A stretch of DNA of 64,000 bases from positions 1-64,000 of the forward strand of contig CAVQRT010000031.1 of the NCBI GenBank assembly GCA_963715195.1, written 5' to 3'. The DNA comes from Thermodesulfovibrionales bacterium. GTDB lineage: Bacteria; Nitrospirota; Thermodesulfovibrionia; Thermodesulfovibrionales; SM23-35. The position numbers and the translations under genes are program-made. Below are positions 51,201 through 59,081 of this stretch, piece by piece (position 1 is the stretch's first letter; each line of letters begins with the position of its first letter). A model generated the notes under the pieces. That model made no database searches, had not been told where the DNA came from, and worked only from the letters and a program-made list of their open reading frames with translations.

Positions 51201-53929
51201 AGCGTAAATGCCGCCTGTGCGGAGTGGAGGCCAGCCGAACGCACCGCGGCAGCGATATGTTGCCTGAGCAGCATATCGCCCGGCTTCTGAAACATATCCA
51301 GAGTAGAGGCAATCCAAGGAGGAATAAGGATGGTTCCTATGACCACTAAGGTCCACAGCCATATCGGAGACAAGACTGTCCAAGCCATTAGAAAGAGTAG
51401 TGTCAAAGCTGAAGGCACGAGACTACGACGAAGATTGTCGAAGATCTTCCATCGCGACAGTCCGGACAGCGAATTTTTCTGGCGACGCGTGCCGAGACCG
51501 GGAACGCCTGGCAGAAGCCAGCGTGCAATCTGCCAATCCCCGCGAATCCAGCGATGCCGCCGGATCACGTCCGTGCCGTAGTCAGATGGGTATTCCTCGT
51601 ACAACGGTACATCGCTCAGCAGTCCCGCTCGTGCGTAGCAACCTTCCAAAAGATCGTGGCTGAGAATGCGGTTCTCCGGAAAACGTCCACTGAGTGAACT
51701 CTCGAACGCATCGACATCGTAAATCCCCTTACCAATGTACGAGCCTTCCTGAAAGAGGTCTTGGTAAACGTCAGAGACGGCGCGTGTGTAGGGGTCGATG
51801 CCTGGCTCGCTCCCGAAGAGGTGCGCGTAACGCGACCGGTTTGTGCCCACCAAGCTTGAGGCAACGCGCGGCTGAAGGATGCCATACCCCTCAGAGACAC
51901 GCTGTTTGTCTTTATCATACTTCGCACGATTGAGCGGGTGCGACATGGCTCCCACAAACTGCCACGCGGAATCGCGTGGCAGTTGAGTATCTGTATCAAG
52001 GGTGATTACATATTTTACGTTCGATAAGATGTCCGTATTACCAACGATGAGTGAGAAATGATCCCCAGAGACACCATGTGGGCTACCACGCAGAAACGCG
52101 TTCAATGCCGCGAGCTTCCCACGCTTGCGCTCGTAACCCATCCAAATCTTCTCCCGGGGATTCCATCGGCGTGGACGGTGAAAAAGGAAGAACGTGTCGC
52201 TTTTTACGCTCCTGTACTTTTCATTCAGCTCTTCGATTCCTTTCTGAACCAGCTCTAACAGCAGTTCGTCCTCCGGTATCGTTTCCGCATGTGCATCCCG
52301 GAAATCAGTTAGCAGACCGAAATGCAGGTTATCGTCCCGATTTGCCAGAAATCTGACTTCAAGCGCTTCTACTAGATTCTTGATCTCTTGAACGCCCGTG
52401 AGCATAGTCGGGATCACAGCCAGTGTGCGCGATTCCGGGGGAATTCCCCTGGAAAAGTCCATTCGCGGCAGCACTTGCGGCTTGGCCAGTAAAGTCGCTA
52501 GCCAGTTCACCAGTGCCACCGCAATATGACTTATGCTGAGCACTGAGAGGATAGCGGTCAGCGCGAGCAGCCAATCATTTAATCCGCTACCATAAGTCTT
52601 CACCAATAAGCCCCCTGCTAAGGCCACAGTAATCAGCGCGATCGCGCCAAGATAGAGAAACAAAGGAAATGAGCGTCCCATTTTCTGAAGAGATCCAAGG
52701 GTTGAAAGACGCACTTTCATCGTTCGTTCAAGCTGCGTTAAACCCTTGTCGATCAGATAGAAGCCGACGTGTGCCGTTCGGTCATTACTGCCTTTGCTTT
52801 CTGCAGCTTCATGCGCCAGATGGACCGCATTACGTGACACTTCACTTTCGGGTAGCCCGCTGTGCTTCGCCATCTTCTCCACAACATGACGGTATCTATC
52901 ACGGGTAGTAAAATCCATCTTGTCATAGACGCCGGCCGGATCCTCGCACAGTGTCCGCTCAACAATGCTCAGTCGCTCGACGAACTCGCGCCAGTCCACC
53001 GCCCCGAGTAAACGGAGACTATTGATACTGTTGCTTATGGAAACCTGGTCGGCGGCTTGTTGCTGGTTCTCCGCCTGCACTAACTGTTCAATCGTTAGGC
53101 CATACTCGGAGAGTCGCTGTTTAATCCAGGTTAGAGGCATTGCCAACGCGGGACCTTGCCCCTGCAATCGGCGCGTAAATTCTGCAACAAATGAACTCAC
53201 CATCGGTGGTTTTGAGCGTGCCATATCAGCAATCGCCAAAATTAGGCTCTTCGGATCCTTCCCGGCAGTCTCCGTGATCTGGTCTACCCAATAGTCGGCG
53301 AGGTTTCGGTCTATTATGTCAGCGGCGATCCGAGTTCCAATGCGGCGGAGATTTTCGATTAATGCGAGGCGCAGCATAATAGGGATCGCCCACAATTCTC
53401 CCAACTTCAGGGAGTTGACCGTTTGGTAGGCTGTAACAAAACTACTGAGACTTTCCGGGTACACACTTCCGTCGCCGTGCGAGATTGTCTCCAAGGCGAG
53501 GTCATACACGCGCGGAAGCCCGGCCGATTGTCCTTCCTGCAAGCGTGGCAGTTCACGGCTGTAACCTTTTGGCAGGTGTCGTTTGGCTGTACGAATCTGT
53601 TCTTCAATCAAATAGAAGTTATCAAGCAGCCATTCACCGGCCGGCGTAATCCGGCGGTTGGTCTTAACGGCGTCCGTCAGCAGGTTGCGGGCTCCGATCA
53701 GGATGCTTTCATTTTCAGCCAGCCGTTTCAGAAGCTGGCCCCGTGCACGTGCCAGACCTAACTTGTGCAAGCCTGCCAGGGTCTTGCCATGCTGCTCCAT
53801 CTGATCGCTACTGAAGAGTTCTGATCGCAGCGGAGTCTCACTGCTGGCGTACTTTAGCGCCAAGGCGTTTCCGCGGAGGCTCGTCCATAAATGGGACAGG
53901 TGTTTAAGAATACTGCTGCTTATCTGCAC
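45209..53929 (-). CDS. Cyclic beta-1,2-glucan synthase (Cgs/ChvB/NdvB; GT84 + GH94-like)
   Basis: 2906 aa; EWLLDN, WMGYERKRGKL, LSHDLLEG, RRHRWIRGDWQ, YDLLASEAR, GFRDQLQD, ENGGQYTH, GGWTWYTGSA. Confidence 0.96.
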   Translation of the reverse strand: MQISSSILKHLSHLWTSLRGNALALKYASSETPLRSELFSSDQMEQHGKTLAGLHKLGLARARGQLLKRLAENESILIGARNLLTDAVKTNRRITPAGEWLLDNFYLIEEQIRTAKRHLPKGYSRELPRLQEGQSAGLPRVYDLALETISHGDGSVYPESLSSFVTAYQTVNSLKLGELWAIPIMLRLALIENLRRIGTRIAADIIDRNLADYWVDQITETAGKDPKSLILAIADMARSKPPMVSSFVAEFTRRLQGQGPALAMPLTWIKQRLSEYGLTIEQLVQAENQQQAADQVSISNSINSLRLLGAVDWREFVERLSIVERTLCEDPAGVYDKMDFTTRDRYRHVVEKMAKHSGLPESEVSRNAVHLAHEAAESKGSNDRTAHVGFYLIDKGLTQLERTMKVRLSTLGSLQKMGRSFPLFLYLGAIALITVALAGGLLVKTYGSGLNDWLLALTAILSVLSISHIAVALVNWLATLLAKPQVLPRMDFSRGIPPESRTLAVIPTMLTGVQEIKNLVEALEVRFLANRDDNLHFGLLTDFRDAHAETIPEDELLLELVQKGIEELNEKYRSVKSDTFFLFHRPRRWNPREKIWMGYERKRGKLAALNAFLRGSPHGVSGDHFSLIVGNTDILSNVKYVITLDTDTQLPRDSAWQFVGAMSHPLNRAKYDKDKQRVSEGYGILQPRVASSLVGTNRSRYAHLFGSEPGIDPYTRAVSDVYQDLFQEGSYIGKGIYDVDAFESSLSGRFPENRILSHDLLEGCYARAGLLSDVPLYEEYPSDYGTDVIRRHRWIRGDWQIARWLLPGVPGLGTRRQKNSLSGLSRWKIFDNLRRSLVPSALTLLFLMAWTVLSPIWLWTLVVIGTILIPPWIASTLDMFQKPGDMLLRQHIAAAVRSAGLHSAQAAFTLACLPYDAFFSLDAILRTAGRLAIRRRLLEWNPSSDSDRTSRVDLFAFYRKMWIAPIIALAMLAYLTLARPSALAFAGPMLAIWFASPAIAWWISRPLARIQASLTTDQTIFLRMLSRKTWGFFETFVGPEDHWLPPDNYQEYGVPLVGHRTSPTNIGLSLLANLSAYDFGYITAGQFIERTENTFRTMEAMERYRGHFYNWYDTLSLKPLLPTYISTVDSGNLAGNLMTLRPGLLALPDQKILGGELFDGLSDTVKVLADVAGETANAQFAQLQEDLASACDSRPTTLTLLWLCLNRLVTSAEEVVNSLDGNSESLTKFWARAFSRQCQSALDELTFLAPWTLLPAFQNKLIDIDSLDEIPTLLGLAGLEDEFLLTTKDRLDKHMTINEREWLGDLRRLIANASGHAKARLAAIELLAQQSSELARIEYDFLYDEARHLLAIGYNVGERRRDESYYDLLASEARLCTFVGIAQEQLPQESWFALGRLLTTADGEPILLSWSGSMFEYLMPLLIMPTYENTLLDRTCKAAVKMQIEYGKQRGVPWGMSESGYNMVDIRLNYQYRAFGVPGLGLKRGLTEDLVIAPYASALALMLEPKEACLNLQRLAKDGLEGKYGFYEAVDYTQSRLPRGQSSTVVRSFMAHHQGMSLLSLASFLLNRPMQKRFESDPLVQATTLLLQERIPKTTSYYSPAELSDLHITSGGDKPRVRVFNSPDTPIPEVQLLSNGRYHVMVTNSGGGYSRWKDIAVSRWREDTTSDNWGMFCYLRDVTSGKFWSSAYQPTLERSDNYEAIFSEARAEFRRRDYDFDTHTEITVSPEDDIEIRRINITNRAATRKAIDVTSYSEVVLTSPTADALHPAFSNLFVQTEILPQSKAILCTRRPRSLGEPVPWMFHLMTVHGANIEAVSYETDRSRFIGRGNTVTNPQAMKGSAPLSGSQGSVLDPIVAIRHHITLEPEKTATINIVSGIGETRNAALSLVEKYQDRRLADRVFDLAWTHSQVVLQHLNATSADAQLYEHLAGPVIYANASLRADASVFISNRRGQSGLWGYSISGDLPIVLLQIGNPANIELVRQLVQAHAYWRLKGLAVDLVIWNEDHTGYRQLLHEQIMDLIAGIEANMTDRPGGIFVRAADQIPNEDRILLQVVARAILTDSRGTLWDQIHRRRLPEVSVPPIIPTTMHRVEPLANSGLSRQDLIFFNGLGGFTLDGREYVVTTTHSQVTPAPWTNVIANPNFGTIISEHGFAYTWSENAHEFRLTPWYNDPVSDSSGEAFYLRDEESGHFWSLTPLPSRGMTPYVIRHGFGYSIFEHTEAGIVSELWVYVALDASIKFMVLKIRNESGRPRRLSATGYVEWVLGNLRPKSAMHIVTKIDPSSGALFARNPYNTEFAERIAFFDADDTTRTVSCDRTEFLGRNGTLRNPAAMTQSRLSGKVGAALDPCAAIQVPFDLSDGQEREIIFRLGVGRDANDARNLVHRFRGSGAARVALEAVWHYWNHSLGAVNVETPDQSINVMTNGWLLYQTIACRLWARNGYYQPGGAFGFRDQLQDVMALVHAEPRLVREHLLRCAARQFQEGDVQHWWHPHSGRGVRTHCSDDYLWLPLVTCRYVLNTGDTGVLDESIHFIRGRPINAEEDSYYDLPSQSEETASLYEHCVRAVLKGLKTGEHGLPLIGSGDWNDGMNLVGAKGQGESVWLGFFLYTVLTRFSEVARMHGDLPFVERCQREAAQLRQNIEQHSWDGEWYRRAYFDDGSPLGSANNSECQIDSIAQSWSVLSGAGDTARSRKAMEAVDKRLVDRDHALIRLLDPPFDTSDLNPGYIKGYVPGVRENGGQYTHGAIWTAMAFAELGDSQRAWELLAMINPLNHARSPEEIATYKVEPYVVAADVYALSPHTGRGGWTWYTGSAAWMYRLIVESLLGLKLEKEKLRIVPCLPADWEMFKVHYRYRETVYHIIIMQERNGKREMSVTVDGVERDDQAIPLVDDHQEHFVEVRILTTDN

Positions 53930-54341
53930 GTTTGAGGATTCCTTTTGAGAAACGAAGTCTCAGTAAATAGGATTGCAATCAGAGCGGTGGCTTTAGCCTA
54001 TCCCCTTTCGGTAGTCAGTGTTCATGTTTCCTATTGAAGCTTCTATGATGGTATTATAGATCCGCTATGGTACCAATGTGCTGTTCAGCGACCGAGGACA
54101 GAGTGGTGAGCCCGGCTCTTGTGTATCGTCAAACAGGAGGAATAAAGTTATTCATTCCGATTGGTAATATACAGCATTATAACAGATCACTATCTTAAAG
54201 AATCTTGTACGCAAGGGCCTAATGCCTCTCTGCGACAAACAACTTGAAATAGAAACAACATTTTTGTCTGAAGTTCTGTTTTATCAGAAATTAAACTTCA
54301 TAAGGAATCGTGTTTTTCTCGCGTTTGAATTCTGATTCCTG

Positions 54342-54455
54342 TTACGGGTTTTTTGGTTGCTGCTTATCCTGTTTCTTTTTTGCCTCTTGTTCATGTTTTT
54401 TTATCTTCTGTTTCTGTATCTTGTTCTTATCCTTCTTGCCGCCTTTGTCTCCCAT
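54342..54455 (-). CDS. 37-aa Lys/Gln-rich micropeptide (not in ORF track)
   Basis: MGDKGGKKDKNKIQKQKIKKHEQEAKKKQDKQQPKNP; RBS aaagga. Confidence 0.7.
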   Translation of the reverse strand: MGDKGGKKDKNKIQKQKIKKHEQEAKKKQDKQQPKNP

Positions 54456-54796
54456 ATGTATCCTTTCTTGTTGTCAGTCAACCTCTCGTAAGGCCCGATC
54501 TTGTGTGGCCAGTAGCTGTTTTACATATCTAAAAAAAATCTTATCATACTTGTTTGTTTTTTTATAGATTCTCTTTTATATTAGACAGTTGAGATATGGG
54601 ACACAAAGGAGCGTAGAACTTATGCTTAGAGAAAATATGATGTGAAATGATATGTGCTTGGTTTTTGAATCGATCACTGATGCATCGGGCAATGAGTTAT
54701 TTTTGGTAATCAACAGGAGACAGAATTGTTCGATGTATGCACCTCCTACAAAAATAAGACTATGGTTTTCTGATTGTTGAGCAGAGAAACCTGCAA

Positions 54797-55093
54797 TCAC
54801 CAGGCTTTCTTCAAATTCTTATCTCTACCAACGCTCCCTTTTCTCTCGTGAAAAACAGCTCTTGGTTGTTGCTGGATCGCTTCAGACACAGTGAGTGTCT
54901 TCTCAAGAAACCGTTTACCGTTAAGCTCTGAAATCGCTTTTTTTGCTTCGTTGTCCGATCCCATCTCAACAAAGCCAAACCCTTTGGATCGTTTCAATTT
55001 CACTGATATAATCTCACCATATTCCGAGAAAAGATCCTTTATATCTTGTTCTGTTGTATTCAAGGCAATATTTCCAACGTAAATTTTTCTCAC
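54797..55093 (-). CDS. RRM RNA-binding protein
   Basis: RNP2 IYVGNI, RNP1 KGFGFVEM, LTVSEA; GTG start with aggag RBS. Confidence 0.92.
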   Translation of the reverse strand: MRKIYVGNIALNTTEQDIKDLFSEYGEIISVKLKRSKGFGFVEMGSDNEAKKAISELNGKRFLEKTLTVSEAIQQQPRAVFHERKGSVGRDKNLKKAW

Positions 55094-55127
55094 TCTGTTT
55101 CAATCTCCTGTTTTTTTTAACAATAAG

Positions 55128-56537
55128 CTAATCGATTAATACCTTTAGTTCGTTGCGTCTTTTTGGATGTTGAAGTTTTCGTAGTGCTTTATATTCAATC
55201 TGCCTCACCCTTTCACGTGTAATAGAAAACTGTCTCCCAACTTCTTCGAGAGTGAAGTCCTTTCCAAATCCTATACCAAATCTCCTTCTTATAATCTCCG
55301 ATTCTCTTGGAGTTAAAGTATTGAGAACCTTCAGTATCTGCTCTGTAACATTATTTCTTTCTGTATCAGAATATGGGGTAGGACTATCTTTGTCACTAAC
55401 AAATTCCTCAATGGTTGTACCATCATCACCAATGGGAGTTTGAAGAGCTATCGGGTCCTGAATAGCCCTGCATACTTCTTCGATCTTTTCTGTTGATACT
55501 TCCAATCTTTTGGCAATTTCCTTTTTACTCGGTTCTCTTCCAAGTTGTTGTCTTAATGCTCTGGATGCTCTGCTAACCTTGCTATAAAAATCCATCATAT
55601 GTACGGGGACTCTGATGGTTTTTGCCTGATCCATTAATGCCCTTGTTACTGCCTGCCTTATCCACCATGTTGCATAGGTACTGAATTTAAAACCCTTTTT
55701 ATAGTCAAACTTATCGATAGCCCGCATAAGACCGATATTCCCTTCCTGAATCAGATCAAGCAATGAAAGACCCCTGCCGATATAATTCTTAGCTATATTA
55801 ATCACTAATCTTAGATTGTGATTTATTAACGTATCCTTTGCTTCGCTGACAAGGATTCTTGCCCTGGTTATTCTGTCCCACTTATCTTTCAATTCATCAA
55901 TTTTGATCCCAATCTCTGATTCAACTTTCTTATACTCATTCTGCACTCCCTTTGCAATTGCAGTAAGTTGTAAGGGATTGATATCCTTTTTCTTTTTTTC
56001 ATGTATCAATTTTTTTAAATCTTTCAAAGTGCCATATTTAGCAACCGTTCTATCTGCCGCTTCAATGTTTATCATAAAATTTTCAAGTACCTTCAGGCTC
56101 ATTTCAAGAGATCCCTTTGTTATATCTTCCTCTTCATTGCTCAGGTCTTCGCTGTTATAGCTATGCAGACTCGCTCCGTTTTTCTTGAATAAAGGCAGTG
56201 CTGTAACAATTGCTTCAATTATCTCTTTCCCTTCTTCCAAGCTTTTCGCAAGCTCTACTTCTTCATTTCTTTTCAGGATTGAAATATTTCCCAGCGAGTG
56301 CAAATATGTTTGAACAATGTCCTCGGTCTTTTCATGCTCCTCTTCTTCCTCAGGAATGTCGGTGACCTGATCATCCACGACTTCAACTCCCATATCGTGA
56401 AAGATGTCCATAAGTTCTTTTAACTCATCCGGGGGAAAGTATTCTGAAGGAAGAGCATCATTTATCTCATCATATGTAATCTTTCCACGCCTTATTCCTA
56501 TGTCTATAATCTCTTCAAAAATATCCTCTTTCTCCAT
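55128..56537 (-). CDS. RpoD-like sigma-70 factor (paralog)
   Basis: Region 1.1 GKITYDEINDALP; NLRLVI.IAK.Y; DLIQEGNIGL; FSTYATWWIRQA; TLEEVG..TRERVRQIE; ATG 56537 with aaggag RBS. Confidence 0.93.
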   Translation of the reverse strand: MEKEDIFEEIIDIGIRRGKITYDEINDALPSEYFPPDELKELMDIFHDMGVEVVDDQVTDIPEEEEEHEKTEDIVQTYLHSLGNISILKRNEEVELAKSLEEGKEIIEAIVTALPLFKKNGASLHSYNSEDLSNEEEDITKGSLEMSLKVLENFMINIEAADRTVAKYGTLKDLKKLIHEKKKKDINPLQLTAIAKGVQNEYKKVESEIGIKIDELKDKWDRITRARILVSEAKDTLINHNLRLVINIAKNYIGRGLSLLDLIQEGNIGLMRAIDKFDYKKGFKFSTYATWWIRQAVTRALMDQAKTIRVPVHMMDFYSKVSRASRALRQQLGREPSKKEIAKRLEVSTEKIEEVCRAIQDPIALQTPIGDDGTTIEEFVSDKDSPTPYSDTERNNVTEQILKVLNTLTPRESEIIRRRFGIGFGKDFTLEEVGRQFSITRERVRQIEYKALRKLQHPKRRNELKVLID

Positions 56538-56767
56538 GGCACTCCTTAAAATAAGTTTATCAATGCTACATGCACAATACAAAAGTACTTACAGCTTAAA
56601 AGGTAGTAGTACCTCCATTTGATTTTACAAAAGGAGGAAAGGCGATAGGGTTAGAAAATAAAATTCATCAAATGCTTAAACGACCTAATGACTATTATAA
56701 CAATATTGATGCTTTTGAATTGGGATGGGTTCAATTCCCTTCGCGCCTGGCATATACAGAACATCAA

Positions 56768-57058
56768 TCAATCTTTCCCGGTTGTTTCATCAAATAAAGC
56801 TCCTATCTTGAAATTACTGAAGTACTTTCGCAGGGACCATTTGACTATACATTTACGGGGAGCATCAAATATTTCGGGAATACTGACTTCCAGCACAGAG
56901 CCCTTCTTAAGATCTACGTCAGTGTAAAGACAAACACCTGAATCACTGAGATCACCGGTCGTTGCCTTTCTCGTTGAGGTGAAATGGTCTCCGGTTACCG
57001 TGTAGAGAAGGGGAAGGTTAATCTTGCGCCTGTAATGTATTCTTCTTTCTCTGAGCAT
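56768..57058 (-). CDS. Stand-alone PilZ-domain protein
   Basis: RxxxR (ERRIHYR) and DxSxxG (DLSDSG) motifs. Confidence 0.82.
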   Translation of the reverse strand: MLRERRIHYRRKINLPLLYTVTGDHFTSTRKATTGDLSDSGVCLYTDVDLKKGSVLEVSIPEIFDAPRKCIVKWSLRKYFSNFKIGALFDETTGKD

Positions 57059-57278
57059 TGTATATGCCCTCTCGTAATTCACACCGCCCGGACCGAAGAG
57101 GTATATGTACCGCTAAGCTTCTGCTGAAAGAGATTTGATGCAGCGTGCGGCGCCCCCGAGTGTTAGCTACAGTATAATGAAGCCTTTCTATTCCGTCAAG
57201 CACTGCAACTCACTGAAAACAGGTACAATTTATCATGAGAATTATGTATATTATCTAAAAAAGGATTTCGAGGAAACA

Positions 57279-58220
57279 ATGATGGCTTCCCCGGTATCTG
57301 CATGCTCGTGTGCGATAATTCTGTTCCTGTCAATATCAGCAGGGTGCTCCAGGCAGTCATTTATAAACCCGCCTCCCGACCCTACTGATAAACAGGAGAG
57401 AATTGCTAGAATCAGGCAAGCAACGGTACGCATCTATGTCGATGGCAAACCAAAAGGAACAGGGTTTATCATCACGGAGAATGGGCTAATCGCGACCGCC
57501 TTTCATGTGATTGCAAAAACCTTTCCCACGCCGCATGAACAGGCCCTTATTACGTATGCTTCATCGATCGAAGTGCAATTCGATGACAGGGAACAGGTTC
57601 CTGCAATCGTCCACAAATCATGCATCGGCAAAGGCCTGCACGGATCTATCCTCAGAGATTTCTGCATCCTGGAAACTAAGACATCGAAAAAACGCATCCC
57701 TCTCAAGCTGGGCGCCTTTAATGATGTCCACGCAGGAACCCATGTTTATCTTTCCGGATATCCCTTAGTCTCTGACAGGCTCTACATATCATTCGGAGTT
57801 GTTTCTGCGAAATGGAAAGATCCTGTTCTCTCTTATTATGGTCAGTTGTTCCGCGAAAAAAGAAACAATACGGAGATTGCCCTGCTTGATGTTCCGATGG
57901 GCATGGGGGTTTCTGGCGGCCCGATTGTCCTCATCGGAAATACCCCGGGAGAAGACAGGGTCGTCGGTATTGCGTCATTCATTATGTCTCCACTGGATCA
58001 GGAATTGGAAAAACTCGTGAATGCGATTAAACGTTACACGGAAGGACATTATGACGTTGTCTGTCCGATTGAACTCTTCCAGGTATTGCGAAAAGAGCAC
58101 GGCAGCCAGTCGTTATTTGTCTCCGGATGTATATCTATAGATCCGCTCAGGCAGCGTTTTCAAAAAATCGTGGAGGGTCAGCACGATGAAGATGCCCGCA
58201 GAAAATTCATTCTGTTTTAA
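57279..58220 (+). CDS. Trypsin-like serine protease, putative lipoprotein
   Basis: GTGFII, TAFHV (His), RDF (Asp), GVSGGP (Ser); lipobox-like SAGC. Confidence 0.85.
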   Translation: MMASPVSACSCAIILFLSISAGCSRQSFINPPPDPTDKQERIARIRQATVRIYVDGKPKGTGFIITENGLIATAFHVIAKTFPTPHEQALITYASSIEVQFDDREQVPAIVHKSCIGKGLHGSILRDFCILETKTSKKRIPLKLGAFNDVHAGTHVYLSGYPLVSDRLYISFGVVSAKWKDPVLSYYGQLFREKRNNTEIALLDVPMGMGVSGGPIVLIGNTPGEDRVVGIASFIMSPLDQELEKLVNAIKRYTEGHYDVVCPIELFQVLRKEHGSQSLFVSGCISIDPLRQRFQKIVEGQHDEDARRKFILF

Positions 58221-58241
58221 TAATTCCTGTTTGATGATTAT

Positions 58242-59072
58242 GTGATCAGAGCACAGAGAATAACCACTGCTCACATACGGCGCTTTCAGAAGACGATATG
58301 GGAGTACTACCGCAAACATGGGCGGAGCCTGCCGTGGAGAAAAACCCGCAATCCCTATCATATCCTCGTATCGGAAATGATGCTCCAGCAGACCCAGGTA
58401 GAACGGGTACGAGAAAAATACCGGACATTCATTGCTGCATTCCCTGATTTTTCCTCCTTGTCACGGGCACCGCTCAATGACGTACTCTCAATCTGGCAGG
58501 GGCTCGGATATAACCGCCGTGCTATTGCCTTGAAACAGACAGCTCAGGAAATCATGAAAAAATATAACGGGCTCCTTCCTCCTTCCGTCGATGTATTAAT
58601 GAAGTTCCCTGGGATTGGCAGAGCTACGGCTTCAGCGGTCGTCTCATTCGCTTTCAATCAGCCGGTCGTATTTATAGAGACAAATATACGGCGTGTTTTT
58701 ATCCATTTCTTCTTTCAGGAAAGAGGGGATGTTCATGATGCCGAATTGTTTCCTCTTGTGGAAAAAGCGCTCGATCGGTCTGATCCCCGTGGGTGGTATT
58801 ATGCCCTGATGGATTATGGGACAATGTTAAAAAAGTCTGTCTCCAATCCCAACAGGAAAAGTCTGCATTATCAGAGGCAGGCACCGTTTGAGGGCTCCCA
58901 CCGGCAACTCAGGGGGCTGCTTCTCAGGACCATACTGCGAGTGTCGGAAATTACTGAATCCGCCCTCGTGAAAAATATCGAGAATAACCCGGAAAATATT
59001 AAAGGTGCCCTAGAACAACTTCAGAAAGAAGGATTTATCAGAAAGAAGAACAATACTTACTCGATAGCGTAA
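58242..59072 (+). CDS. mutY: A/G-specific adenine glycosylase, short Fe-S-free MutY type
   Basis: LPWR, SEMMLQQT, WQGLGY.RR, HhH PGIG..TA; no cysteines. Confidence 0.85.
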   Translation: MIRAQRITTAHIRRFQKTIWEYYRKHGRSLPWRKTRNPYHILVSEMMLQQTQVERVREKYRTFIAAFPDFSSLSRAPLNDVLSIWQGLGYNRRAIALKQTAQEIMKKYNGLLPPSVDVLMKFPGIGRATASAVVSFAFNQPVVFIETNIRRVFIHFFFQERGDVHDAELFPLVEKALDRSDPRGWYYALMDYGTMLKKSVSNPNRKSLHYQRQAPFEGSHRQLRGLLLRTILRVSEITESALVKNIENNPENIKGALEQLQKEGFIRKKNNTYSIA

Positions 59073-59081
59073 AATTATATT

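Noticed and set aside
45191..53761. Many + strand ORFs opposite cgs, and similar shadows opposite other genes
   Set aside because: Antisense shadows of GC-rich coding sequence; no motifs or RBS
54070..54230. Crp/Fnr-like palindromic sites upstream of cgs
   Set aside because: Matches (tgtgctgttcagcgac, tgtacgcaagggc) are too degenerate
57059..57200. c-di-GMP riboswitch upstream of the PilZ gene
   Set aside because: GC-rich leader, but the GEMM consensus elements were not recognisable
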